DNA from: Camelus ferus | Taxonomy: Eukaryota | Length of the DNA stretch: 64,000 nt | Direction of reading: 5' to 3' | Assembly: GCF_009834535.1 (NCBI RefSeq) | Contig: NC_045698.1 | Coordinates: forward strand, 12,154,001 to 12,218,000 | In this document: piece after piece, positions 25,996 through 38,190 of the stretch | How positions within the stretch are numbered: the first letter of the stretch is position 1 | How the letters are laid out: every line of letters starts with the position of its first letter | Translations under genes and position numbers: made by a program | The notes under the pieces: model-generated | What the model saw: the letters and a program-made list of their open reading frames with translations, nothing else | What the model was told of the DNA's origin: nothing | The model's database searches: none

Positions 25996-26242
25996 TGTTA
26001 TGGACTGAATGTTTTGCCCCTCCTCCCCCTTTCTTATGCTGCAGCCCTAACCCCCGATCTGATGGTATTTGGAAGTGGGGCCTTTAGGAATTAATTAGGT
26101 TTAGATGTGGTCAGGAAGGTGGGGCCCCACAATGGGATTAGTGCCCCTATAAGAGGAGGAAGAGAGACCAGAGAAATAAACTACTGTGTTTCAGCCACCC
26201 AGTCTGTGGCATTTTATCAGAGCAGCTCTATGATGAGGACAC
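25996..26242 (+). mobile_element. MLT1A/B-like MaLR LTR, internally deleted
   Basis: TGTTATGGACTGAATG start; GGTATTTGGAAGTGGGGCCTTT; AATAAA...AGCCACCCAGTCTGTGG. Confidence 0.75.
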
Positions 26243-27140
26243 TCTGACTGCCAGTTACGAGTCTTTCTCCTTCCCTCCATTACTTGCTTCTTCCTTCCTT
26301 CCTTTCTCTCTCTCTTTCTTTATTTCAACCAAAGAAACTCCTTGGTTAAAAACAACATAACTTGAGCAGAAACTTTAAGCTACTTCTCTGATGCTGCATT
26401 GCTACTTGTAGGGTCAAGGGGAAGAGGCACATGGAACATCTCTTACTTTCAACGACATCTGTACACTCACAGGCCAACCCCCAAGCTGCCTGCCTTTCTG
26501 CCTCTCCTGTGTGATAAGACACTGGAGGTGGCTGTGGAAACAAGTGTGGAACCCCAGATGAGGGTTTTGGCAGCTCCTGATGTAGGGAGAAGAGATCGTA
26601 TGGCCAATTTTTCGGATAATTTTGCTGTTGATGCCAGACTGCTCACCATTTAACTAAGGGGTCAAGGCCTCAGTCACAGTGGCATGTTCAAACGCTGGAT
26701 TTCCACTTGGCTTTCTGGACTGGACTTTGGGCAACCTATAGGATTTCAGACTACTTGCTAGTCTTCCACTCAGTGCAGAGATGCAGGGACAACATGCAGC
26801 ACTTGAATAATGTAAAAGGTCTGGGGTCTCACTTCTCAGATGCCGGAGGCTGCCCAGCTCCCCCAAGGCACTGAGCCACCCATCAGCCAACGATCTGTTG
26901 ACTGACTGAATGAAGCACTTGGGATCCCATGCTTCCTCTGTCCCCAAGAAAGCAGAATCCTGAAGAGTCAAGGACTTCAAATAAAACATTAACTGTTGGG
27001 AGGACAAAGGATTATGGTGGGCATGACACCACAAGCATCTTCTCAATGTTAACAACTGGTGGGCAGTGATCACAGAACACTCAACTCTACTGTCTCCCAG
27101 GGAACTTGACAGGACACTTGTTCTTTCTCTAAAATTGTAC

Positions 27141-27255
27141 CTTCGTCTTCCCCAGCTGCCACTCGTTGTTGGAGGAGTCATAGAGCTGCAGAAGGGCCGT
27201 GCACTTCCCCCTGATGTCCTCGGGCAGGGCCACACTCCTCGTCAGCACCTTATAC
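27141..27255 (-). CDS. MYO10: Myosin-X coding exon (~exon 21), converter: (R)YKVLTRSVALPEDIRGKCTALLQLYDSSNNEWQLGKTK
   Basis: WQLGKTK converter motif; CAG acceptor, GTACAA donor; 115 nt = 1+38 codons. Confidence 0.95.
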
Positions 27256-27346
27256 CTGCAACAGAAGGACGCCCAGCGTCACTTTTGCCACAATTCCTTC
27301 CCCGATCCCTTTGCAATGGAAGAAGGCCTATGCAGCTCCATCTTGC
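27256..27346 (-). other. MYO10: 91-nt GC-AG intron
   Basis: Only a GC donor (AAAG|GCAAGA) preserves DFYKR|YKVL. Confidence 0.9.
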
Positions 27347-27471
27347 CTTTTGTAAAAATCCTGAAAGGGTCTCCGGACCGCATACCCTGCTTTCCGGATT
27401 CTCACCGTCTCCAGCATCCCCGAGTACCGCAGCTGGTTGACCACGACCGCCTGGTCAAACTGGTCGGGCAT
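27347..27471 (-). CDS. MYO10: Myosin-X coding exon (~exon 20): [41 protein letters not shown](R); first Met is the headless-isoform start
   Basis: [18 protein letters not shown] myosin SH1-region motif; CAG acceptor; non-canonical donor AG|GCAAGA; 125 nt = 41 codons+2. Confidence 0.95.
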
Positions 27472-29204
27472 CTGAAACACACCAAGAGGTGAGAAGACAA
27501 GGTTAACAGGACACCCTTACCACTGTTTCACACACACACACGTTTTGAACCTACACACAAATACAGAATAGAAAACCAACCTCATCCTGTGTACCCACAG
27601 CCTGGCTTCAACAACCAGCAACAACCCTGCTCCATCCTCAAGCCCACTTGCTTCCTGCCCCTGGATTTTTTTGAGAGAAGTCCCAGATATCACACCATCT
27701 CATTCATAAACATATCAGAATCATTTTTTTAATATAACCACAACACTATTATCATATCTTATAAGACACCAATAATTCCTTGCTATTAACAGCCAGGTTC
27801 AACTTTCTGACTATTTTACAAATATCATAAATGAACCACCACTTGTAATGCTATGTTTTCCAAAGAATCTGAAATGTCATACAAATATCACCTTATTTAC
27901 TTTTTAAACTTCAATTGCCAGGCATTTTTTTAGCTGAAGAATGCAGTGACCCAGTGAGAGCTGGGGGAGGGGTTCTGGGCTAGGGGTGGGGGGGGTGGGG
28001 AGAGGAGGAGAGCTTGCAAGTGGAGAAAAGAGACAAAAATGAAAAAGAATTTTAATTTTCCCAATTTCCAGAAATTTGCTCTACTCTGATCATGAAATAA
28101 ATCAATCCCAGAATATACAAATGCAAGCCAGAGGAAATCAAACCAAGACTTAATATTCTGAAATGTATTCTTTCTCTGTTCAGTTGCCAAACAAACTGGC
28201 ATTACTAACAGAACAATAGTCTTTTCGGAGTAAAGCCCCAAAGTAGGTCATTTCCCACTTGTGGCTTCTTGAGCAGTGATCTGTGTTTTTTTAATCTGAA
28301 CACCCCATTCTCTTTAGTTAATTTGTATTTTATCATCCTACACAACTGTGTATACAACAACTGAAAAACAGCACCCTAGGACATAAGTACATTTTTAAAA
28401 CGTAGTTTAAATTTGAGAGCCTTAAAAACACAGTCATTAACACAAAAACAAGCTGAAAGCCATGTTATTCTGCACTTTTTTTTTCTTTAAGCAAAAGATG
28501 AATTTGAAGAACACTCTATAAATCTCCCTCACAATGTTTGATGGAAGAGCTAACACCATCTCCAGCAGGACGACTTCTCTCATATTTGATTTCTCCTACG
28601 AAACACTGTGGTCAAACTGTCTCTGCTCAGCAGTATTCTACCCCGAATCTAGCCAATAAATTAAGGCAAATAGCCGAAGAATTGTGGCTCACTGGTTTCT
28701 AGTCTTGATTATTTCAAATCTCCTTGGACAAGAAAGAAAAACAGAAGAGTATGGAAAAATTAGCCTTGGTTACTCTTCTAATCTTTGGATTAAAAAAAAA
28801 AACAGAGGCAACTGTTCTGAAGGTATTTGGTTAAAATGCTACTGTTAGATTTATTTGGGAATATAATCTGAACTACAGCAACCCACAAAAGACTAGTAGA
28901 GAGCGAATATAAAAGAAATAGGGAATTAAGCATCAGACTTAGTTAACGTTGTTAAATTCATAATCAGAGAAACAACGCATTTCACGTCTCATCATCTGAT
29001 GCTCAAAGACTTTTTAAATAAAGCAAAAAACCTCTCCAAGTCTCTCAAACTTTCACCGTTCCTGACCCCTGCTGTTTTCCCCTGCTCCTTTTCTTCCAGT
29101 CTCTATTTAACAAAGTTTGCACAATTCCTTAGCTTGGCACTGGTTATTAAAACACCCTAAAAAAATATTACGAAAGGGACACCCCCTCCAAAAAGTTCGG
29201 CCGC

Positions 29205-29610
29205 ACTTACCATCTCCAGTCCCTCAGAGGAACATTCCACCTTCGGTTTGGCTCTCAGGCCAAAATTCATATGGAAAGCAACTGCCACCCTGACCTTTCG
29301 CCACAGCTAAAGACACTGAACAATAATGAACACCATTCCTGTGCTTTAAAAAGTGCTCGGTCGCCATGGCAACCCCTTCCATTCTCGGGCTAATTAGTGT
29401 GGTGTGGTTGTAGGATTTCATACAGCCCGGGGAGGGGAGGGAGGGAGGGAGCCGCCAGGAGCGGCCACTCTTTCTAGGCTCCCATTGTGATTGTGTTTCT
29501 GCCCCTTCACAGAAATTTAACCAGGGGAAGGGGGATCTATAGGCAGATTGTCGCCTTGGGCAACGCACAGGGCGATCACGAGGGGAGGAGTCCTGTATTT
29601 CCATTGGTGG
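29205..29610 (-). promoter_or_regulatory. Candidate internal promoter and alternative first exon for headless MYO10
   Basis: Strong donor GATG|GTAAGT at 29211/29210; X-boxes 29360-29373 and 29550-29564; C-rich Sp/MAZ-like tract 29428-29450; CCAAT 29603-29607; local CpG enrichment. Confidence 0.6.
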
Positions 29611-31399
29611 GGCTCTTTTTAGTTTCAACTTCCTTTTCTTCTGGGTGAATTTAATGTTCACAGATGACACAGCTAGAGGCTGGACCGGTCACAACTTAAA
29701 GGCATGTGGCCTTTTAAATTTCCCTCATGCACTCCAGTCTCCACCGGTGACCAGTTTTCCAGAACTGGAGCTCCCCCTTCAAAGACTGCCTGCAGTGTCT
29801 AACAGTGAAATATTGATGGCTGACAGATAGGTGGATTTTGGAAGAAATAGCCATAAACCGGGGCACTTAAAGTTTCAGGAGTCTGGTCTTTATCCAGTTA
29901 CTGAATTTTAAATTATTGAACACCTACTAGGTGCCAAGATCTTGTGATTCACATCCAGGGCAAAAAAAAAAAAAGTGGGGAGGGGTGGATTCTTCTCTGT
30001 CTGAACTCAACCCCCTCGTCCCCAGAGGAGGACATTCAGACAACTGATGGAGCTCCACGGACGTGTCATAATCACCCAAAGGCCATAGCTGATTTTAGGG
30101 TTCGCTCTTGGTGCTGTGCATTCTGTGGGTTCTGATGAATGTGTAATGGCGTGTCCACCATCAAAGCATCATACAGTTATGCTGCCGTAAAAATTCTCTG
30201 CTTACTCATCTCCACCTATCCCCACCTCCTGGCAGCCGGTCATATTTTTACTGTCTCCACAGTTTTTTTTTTTTTTCCAAAAGAGCAGTTTTTGGTTCAC
30301 AGCAAATTGAGAGGAAGGTACAGAGATTTCCCTTATACCCTCCGCCCCTTTAGATGCATAGCCTCACAGGGCTGATTCTGTTTCCAAGGACCCTGAAATT
30401 CAGGAAGGCGACAAGTATGCCAAGCATCATCACTTCTATAGTAGACAGCCTAAAATAAAACCATGCTGAAAATCAAAATTATGTTCCTTGGGACCACAGA
30501 GGAAAGAAAAGTACTGAGGCAGTATGGGTGGCACGTGAATTTGAACCCAGGTCTGACCCAGAGTTTGGACTCTCACAATTATTATTCTCTGCTGGAGGGG
30601 AAGGGACATTCTACACAGAGAACATAGCATGTACAAAAGCCAAGAGTCAGAAAAAAGAAGCTGGCATGTTTGGTAGTTAGTCTGGGACAGAACAGAGGTG
30701 GGAGGGAGGGACCCAGGATGACAGTGGCCACCACACTCAAGTTTGATGCCACTGGATCAAGAGCTCCCCGCCAGGGATCAGAGCTGTGCTGAAGGATTCC
30801 CTTGTCAGCGGCAGCAAAACTAGAACCAGGACAAGAGAAATAGCTGGGTATATTTTGGTATCATGCATATCACAAAATGTTACATGGTCATTAAAAAGTA
30901 AGACCAAATTAAAGACGCACCAGTTAACTCCCAAGCCTTTTGCAAGGTGCAGAAAAACAAGACACAGGAAAGTATGTATAACAATCTTGTTGTAAATCAA
31001 ACATGACCCCATCAAAAAAACCCACCTGCTCTGTTTATGTACACGTCCATGAATATATACCTCTAGATACACCTGCGCAGAAAAGGATAGGAGGAGACAG
31101 GCCAGGTTGCTTTGAGTTGGGGGGCACTGCTATGAGGGGTGGGAAGAAGAAAAAGCTAAGAAAAATGGGGGGAAATTTGACTCCATTAAAAGAAGGAAAT
31201 AATCATACATATACAATGTGAAAAATTTCTATATGGCTATATGTCTTTGAAGACATTTAAATAATAGTATTTTTACAAAAAAAAAAAAAACACCAAAAAA
31301 CCAGACACAGGATAGATTCTAGAAGTTCTGCATGGTATAGGGTGGAAATGGGGGGAAGAGAAGCAGAGACCAGGGGAGACGCCACTGTAAGGGCACTTT

Positions 31400-31855
31400 A
31401 AAGTGGAAACAACCCACATGTCCATCAACTGATGAGTGGGTCAACAAAATATGCCACATGTCCACACAATGGCGTATTATTTGGCCATAAAAAATGAAAC
31501 ACTGATACAGGCTACAACATGGATGAGCCTTGAGAACATTATACTAAGTGAAAGAAGCCAGTTACAAAAGACCACGCGTTACATGATTCCACTCATATGA
31601 AAGGTCCAGGACAGGAAATCTGCAGGGACAGGAAGTAGAGGGGTGTCTGCCCAGGGCTGGTGGAGGGGACGCAGATACAGAGGGGTGGCGAGCCAAGAGG
31701 TAAGGGCATTTCTTTTTGAGGTAATGAAAATGTTCTAAGTGCCTGTGGTGATGGTTGCACATATCGGTGAATATACGAAAAACCACTGAACTGTACACTT
31801 TCAGTGAGTCAACTGTATGTATGTGATTTCTATGTCAATAAAGCTTTAAAAGAAA
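31400..31855 (+). mobile_element. Old LINE-1 3' end (L1M-type)
   Basis: TGGAAACAACCCACATGTCCATCAACTGATGA...CTAAGTGAAAGAAGCCAG...AATAAA typical of L1M 3' ends. Confidence 0.85.
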
Positions 31856-33103
31856 AGTACTGTAAAAACCTGCCTGACACAGGGGCATTTAAAACAGATA
31901 AAAAGGGATGGATGCAAGAGAAAGTTTGCAACCTAGAGATGGGATTAAATATATTTAGCTTCAGGTAATGTAATTCTACCAAAAAATTACAAGCACTTTC
32001 CCCCCTGATTTGAAAAAAATAAGATTTTAGAATGCCTAGACAAAACAAATGATGGACAACAGAGCACGCTAAGCCCACCACAAAAATCAATTACGGTTTT
32101 TGCAGCTTAAATTACGCTCCTGCAGCTTAAAATCTAAATAAAGGGCAACAGAGGTGCTGACAAACAGAGACACAGGACAGGGGAGGTGCTTTACAATGCA
32201 GAGAAAGAAATGCATTTATGCATTCATGAGTCTGCTTACCCCGAACACTACCTAGCCCTCCGTAACGTCATCAGTGTTGCACGGAGACAATTAGAAGTGT
32301 GACAGTGGACTTGGAACTGGTCATCTGTCCATGGCAAGGGCACATTCAACCTGTGCTTATTTAATTAAAGAAAATAAAATGAGTTCATTATCTGGGGGCC
32401 AGTGAAGTTCTCATGCTTTTCAGCATTTGGGAGATCTCACAGAAACCAACCCAGGATCCTGAGAAGAGCCTGGGGGTTGGGGGGATCCCATCTACCGCCC
32501 AGAGGCTGGTGGGGTCCGGTGGGGGCCAGCCAGGATTGTGGGAAGAAGAAACTTCCCTGTTCTCTGATGGCAGGTCACACACATATTAAGCACTACAGGG
32601 ACTGGAAACCAAATTAGGGGTGATGGTGAAACTGGGGAAATCCGGCACCACTGCTAAGGTGAGAACATCTCCACGCCTTGAAGTCTTCTGAAGAGAACCA
32701 CACATTCTATTTGTCATTCGGAGGGCGGAGAACAAGCCAGACAAGGAGGTAGGGCTGGCCGAGAACTGACTTATTTCACTCTGTCATCATCCACTGCTAC
32801 ATACTATCACTTGAAATGCATCTATGAGATCAATTTTTTTAAATTTGATATGAAGGGAGAAAATTATTCTCTAGAAGAAATGACATGATTTATCTGACTC
32901 TACATTTGTAAATGACTACTGTAACTCACTGTAACTTACTTATGTACCTTGTGCCAAAAGGGATTAAAGAAAGATAAAATAAACAGAAAATAAACACAGT
33001 GATTAAAAGAGAACACATAGTAGGAAAGTGCATTGTATTTCCCCCTTTGCCTTGGCTGCCAGGACGCTCAAAGTTAAACTTAATTCTCAATAGTCAGTGT
33101 TAA

Positions 33104-33190
33104 GGTGGGGAGAGTATAGCACAAGTCCTAGTACCTCCATTAAAGTAAATAAATAAGTAAACCTAATTACCTCCCTCCTCCTCAAAAAAA
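33104..33190 (+). mobile_element. Internally deleted tRNA-derived SINE (Vic-1-like)
   Basis: Keeps the 5' GGGGAGAGTATAGC and 3' AGTACCTCCATT...AAACCTAATTACC; the middle of the tRNA part is missing. Confidence 0.75.
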
Positions 33191-36100
33191 GTGTTGTTAA
33201 CCAGGTATTTTATTTTGCCTTAACTTTTGAATCATTCTTCATAGTTAATCAACAAAGGTCTCAGTTCCTATAAGGAGCACCTATTATTTTTAGTCTAAGG
33301 TAACAACCACAAGATATATAATCTTAAAAACAATAATTTTTTCTAAAAGAAGAATTCTATTGTTCTACCCTCAAAGATCTACTGTTGACTATACACAGAG
33401 AATTTCAAATGATTTTTGGTAGCCTTGCAGGGACCAGGTCCTCCTGTCTAGGGGTGCAAGGTACCCACAGCAAGCCTTCAACTCACACAGCACTTGAGCA
33501 CAGAAACCCAATGGGGTGGGTTAGATGAGTAATATTATTCCGTTTTGAGGATGAGGAAGCTGGAAGTGAGCAAGGCTAAATGAGCTGTTCAAACCAGTTT
33601 TAAAATTGGCTTAAATCAAACAATTAAAGCTCAAAGAGCTCTGCATTCCCAAAAGCTAGCATGTGGACCAAACCCGTATGCACTGAACCATATTTCCCTA
33701 CACATATGTTATAAAATCGGGGCCATATTTCCAGAGGCTGTAATTCTCAAAGGGATGAGCTGGAAACTTCTTTAGGAAAAAGACTACAATGGAATCCAGG
33801 CAGAGAATGTGCCCTATATTGTAGCATCTCCAGGAGCACTGGGTCTTCTGGGTACACGGTGACATTCTCTGAAGATTCTAACACTAAGAGTGGGTGGAGG
33901 TTAGGGACAACCTGTCAGGTGCTGACCTGGTGTAAATACAGGTGATATAAAAATCACCATTCTAAGGGCCACGCCACTGGAGAGCAGAAACTGGTTTGCT
34001 ACACTGAGCTCAGCCAACTGTCTATACATGGAAATAACTAGTTAACAGAGGAAACCTTTTGGAAAATCAAATAGCAAACTCTGAGCAAATCCATCTCTGG
34101 TCACTGGTCCCTTTAACACAGATAATAAAAGGCTGACAATAATGTTACTTTGCATCTCAGTATCTGAACAGAATTAAAATATTCCTGGACTCACTTATGG
34201 TTGCAACTCCACCTGCCTCTCTTCCCTGCTCTCTGGGTACCACCTGCCAAGGACAGACGCTTGTCAAGAGCTAACACACAACAGCAGACAGAGGGACACA
34301 CTCCGAACACACTGATTTTCAAGCGTGGAGTGAGCCCACACGTGACAACAGTTAATGATAACCGCTTTCGCTTGAAAAACAAATCCAACTTGGTAATTCC
34401 TGCGGCTGCTTCTGAACACAGACTACAATTTATTTCCAGAACAGGTCCTTCTCTCCCCTTTTTAGGAGATGTTCAATTTATTCAAAGTCTAAAAACTAAG
34501 CGCTTGATAGGAATCCAGTGTCTTGGAGATCAGGTAAAAGTAGACACTGTTTACTATTTTAATCAATCAAAAGCATTTATTAAGAGCCTTCCATAGACTG
34601 AGCAACCACAGAGGTAACTGTATGGGATACACCAGAGCAGACCCAGTCCTTGCTCTGACTCGACAAAGGCAGACTCTCTTTGGGTCCAATCTGCTTGGAA
34701 CGCAATATGGCAGCAAGCCCTGGGCCCGGTGGAACAGGTCCTCAGAGCTCGGAGGAACAAGACATGGGAGGTGAGCATTACACCAACAGGGTCTTACTGC
34801 CCTATGTTCTTTTCTTTTTTAACTTTGTATCTTATTAAGGTTTATCCCTCGCCAACATTGGTAGATTGTTTCTCAAAGGACAACATTTGAAAATTAATTT
34901 AAGTGAGAGTCCTACTTTTTCTCATTGTATTTTTTAATGGCTCCTGAGCCACCTCCTCGTGAAATATTGTACACTTTATTTACACATATTAGCCTTGCAA
35001 TGGAGAGACTTACCACATAGTCCCCATGATGGAGGATTAGTACCCAAGATCCTAAGAAATGTAGAATCAGTTCACTTTTGGGTAAAACCATCACATGATT
35101 CTTCATTTTGACAAGTAAACATTTTGAAACGGGAGAACTACTAGCATTACAGAGAGAATCTGATATATTAGGTATATCTGTATTTGCATTATGATTATGG
35201 GACATACCTTTACCCTAATTCAACTTTTAAACACAAACAAGCAAACGAATTTTAAACAGCTTGATAACCCTTCATCAAATGTAAGTGGTAAAAAATTACA
35301 GATGAGTTTACCAAAAGTCGACCATGTTACACTAAAAACGTAACATTCGCGGCCCTATGCTGACAGGACTCCTGTCCTGACCTCTTAGCAATTAATGAAA
35401 AAATTAAGACATGAGGACTCTGAATCTTTATTTGCTGTCTTTGCTGCATCAACTTCTCAAAAGCAGTTAAGTAAGTATCAGACAGTTTTCTGATGCTTTG
35501 AACAGTCTTCAAAAGCATGGTAACTAAACCAGCAACAGACCTTTACTGACCTCAAACGGGAAGTAAACAAAAGCCAATTAAACGATCGACAAAGGTTCTT
35601 TGTACTTACATCAGTCATTTCACTCCCAGGCTGGTCAACATTTGGCACAGTTGTTGCTACTTGCTAAGTTTCACATTTTGAGAAAAGAGGCACAAACACA
35701 TTTCCCCAGAAGAGGCAACTCCCTCCCAGGTGAGGAACTGGAGCAACGTGGTTATGTGATTGGCCAAAGCTGTCAGTCTGTCCTGGGGGTCTGATCATAA
35801 GAATGTGGAAATTTCTCACTCACCAAGTACAGCCTTCAAACCACTCCCCTCCCGGCTGAGCAGGATCAAAAAGCAAGGAAATCCAAGCTCTGTGACAGGT
35901 GGAAACTGCGGTGCTCACCTCAGATCCACACAAACCCCAACAACAAGAAAGGAAAACTCTGAACATAATGGTTAGACACGTGCACATGAAATCCTTCCAA
36001 GGCACAGCGTTCGCCATATCATAGCCCTGTTCACAGACTCCCAACATACGCCAAATTAAGACAAAGGCTTCCATTTCACATTCGAGGCCCTCATAATACG

Positions 36101-36589
36101 CTCCAACCTACCTTCCCAGTCAATACACCCCCCCCAACGTACTCTACATCTAAGTCAAATTAGAGGTAAGTCCAGCTGTTGACTAAAACCTCCACTTCCT
36201 GTCTTACCTCTCAGCTGAAGCCAGCTTTTCCACCTGAAATGCTCACCCACTGTCTTTAAATGCTGAGTTCCATGGATCTTGTCGGGGTCTCTCAAATACT
36301 CCCTCCTCAGTAAAATTGTTCCAGATGCATCCAACTGGTACCATCTGATCTTGACCATGCTCTTCCTCTTGGCATGTATTTTTTTATATCCATCAGACCC
36401 ATACATGTGAATTCCTCATTAGAGTATACATTTCGTTAGGGCAGGAGCTGAATCTTAAGAATTTCTCACTAAACTGCCGACCACTGAACTTGAACCTCAG
36501 ATACGTACCCACTTAACCGACTGTACTGCGTAAATAAAAGTGTGATTCTGTTTACAGTTGTTTCAATGGACTTCTCTGGCCATGGCTTA

Positions 36590-38190
36590 GAAACAAGATA
36601 AAAAACACAGCACATGAAAGGAAAAACGGCTAAGTTGGATCTCATGAAAATTAACTTCTCTGTGAAAGACACCGTTAAGACAATGAAAAGATGAAGCAAC
36701 ACACTGGGAAAATGTTTGGAAACGACACAGCTGGAAGAAGACTGTCATCAAGCACACCCGAAACTCAATAATACAAAAACACCACCTGATTTTTAAAACA
36801 GACAAAAGATCTGAGCAGACACATCATCAAAGAATCTACAGGGATGGCTAAGAGGCATGTGGAAAGAGACAGCATCAGTTCTCTTGGGAAACTGCAGATG
36901 AAAACAGTGACATGCCACCACACACCTGTGAGGATGATTAAATACAGAAAACTGAAAATACCAAATGCTGGCAAGGATGCGGAGCAACAGGAACCCTAAT
37001 TCACAGCTGGCTGAATGCAAAGTGATACAGCCAATTTGGAAGACAGTTTCTTACAAAGCTAGACATAGTCTTAACACTTCAACCAGCAACCACAGTCCTG
37101 GATACAGTCATTTGTATCCATGGGAGATTGGTTCCAGGACCCCATGGATACCAAAATCCATGGATTCTCAAGTTTCTTACATTAAATGGTGCAGTATTTG
37201 CATATAGCCTACACACATCCTCCAGGATACTTTAAATCATCTCTAGGTTACTTACAATACCCAATACAATGTAAATGCTACGTAGATAGCTATAGATACA
37301 ATGTTAACTGTTATGCATATAGTTGTCAGCACATGGCAAATTCATGTTTCACTTTTTGGAACTTTCTGGAAATTTTTTCCCCTGAATATTTTTGATCTGA
37401 GGTTGGTTGGATTCCCAGATGTGAAACCCTTGGATAAGGAGGGCTGACTGTACCTACTCAATTAAGTTGAATATTTATACTCACACAAAAGCATAGCCTT
37501 TATTCATAATTATCCAAAGCTGGAAGCAACCATGATGCCCTTCAGTTGGTAAACAAAGAAACTGTAGTACATTCATTCAATGGAATATTATTCAGATTTT
37601 TTTTTTAAAAAGAGCTCTCAAGCCCCCTAAAGACTCGGAGGAATCTTGAATCCATAGTGCTAAGTGCAAGAAGACTTTCTGAAACAGACATATACTATGT
37701 ATGTGATTCCAATTACATGGTATTCTGAGTAAGGCAAAGCCATAGAGATGGTAGAAAGATGAGAGGTTGCTAGGAGCTCAGGGGAGGGCTGAAAAGGTAA
37801 GGTGCTGGGAAATTTCAGATTGGTGAAACTGTTCCACCTGATGCTGTACCAGTGGGTGCATGACATGATACATTTGTACAAATCCGCAAAATTTTACAGC
37901 AAAAGAATGAACCTTGGAGGATCCCAGGAAATAACTCAGATGGTCACAAAAGAATCTGAATGTGTTACAAATGTGTGAAACAACATCATTGAAGGACTTG
38001 GGGGAAACCTACAACTCAAGTAGCTTTGGACATGGAGTCTCTTCAGTCTTAAGACTTAAAGGCAAAAGGAGTCCCATGTGATGAGTATGGTTTTGTAGTT
38101 GATAAAGTTGTTTCCCCGCATATGGATCAACAATTCTGAAACTGCTATACATCTATACGGGAACAGAACAATTGAATAAACAGATGGTGG
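36590..38190 (+). mobile_element. Degenerate old LINE-1 3' portion, interrupted by MER2
   Basis: Degenerate ORF2 3' motifs (ATGCTGGCAAGGATGCGGAGCAAC, TGGAAGCAACC, AATGGAATATTATTCAG). Confidence 0.75.
37105..37450. mobile_element. MER2-like TcMar-Tigger non-autonomous DNA transposon
   Basis: TA|CAGTC...GACTG|TA termini, imperfect TIRs, ~346 bp, MER2-like body. Confidence 0.8.

Noticed and set aside
29224..29670. 148-aa minus-strand ORF across the candidate promoter
   Set aside because: No recognisable domain; stops before the donor and is out of frame with MYO10
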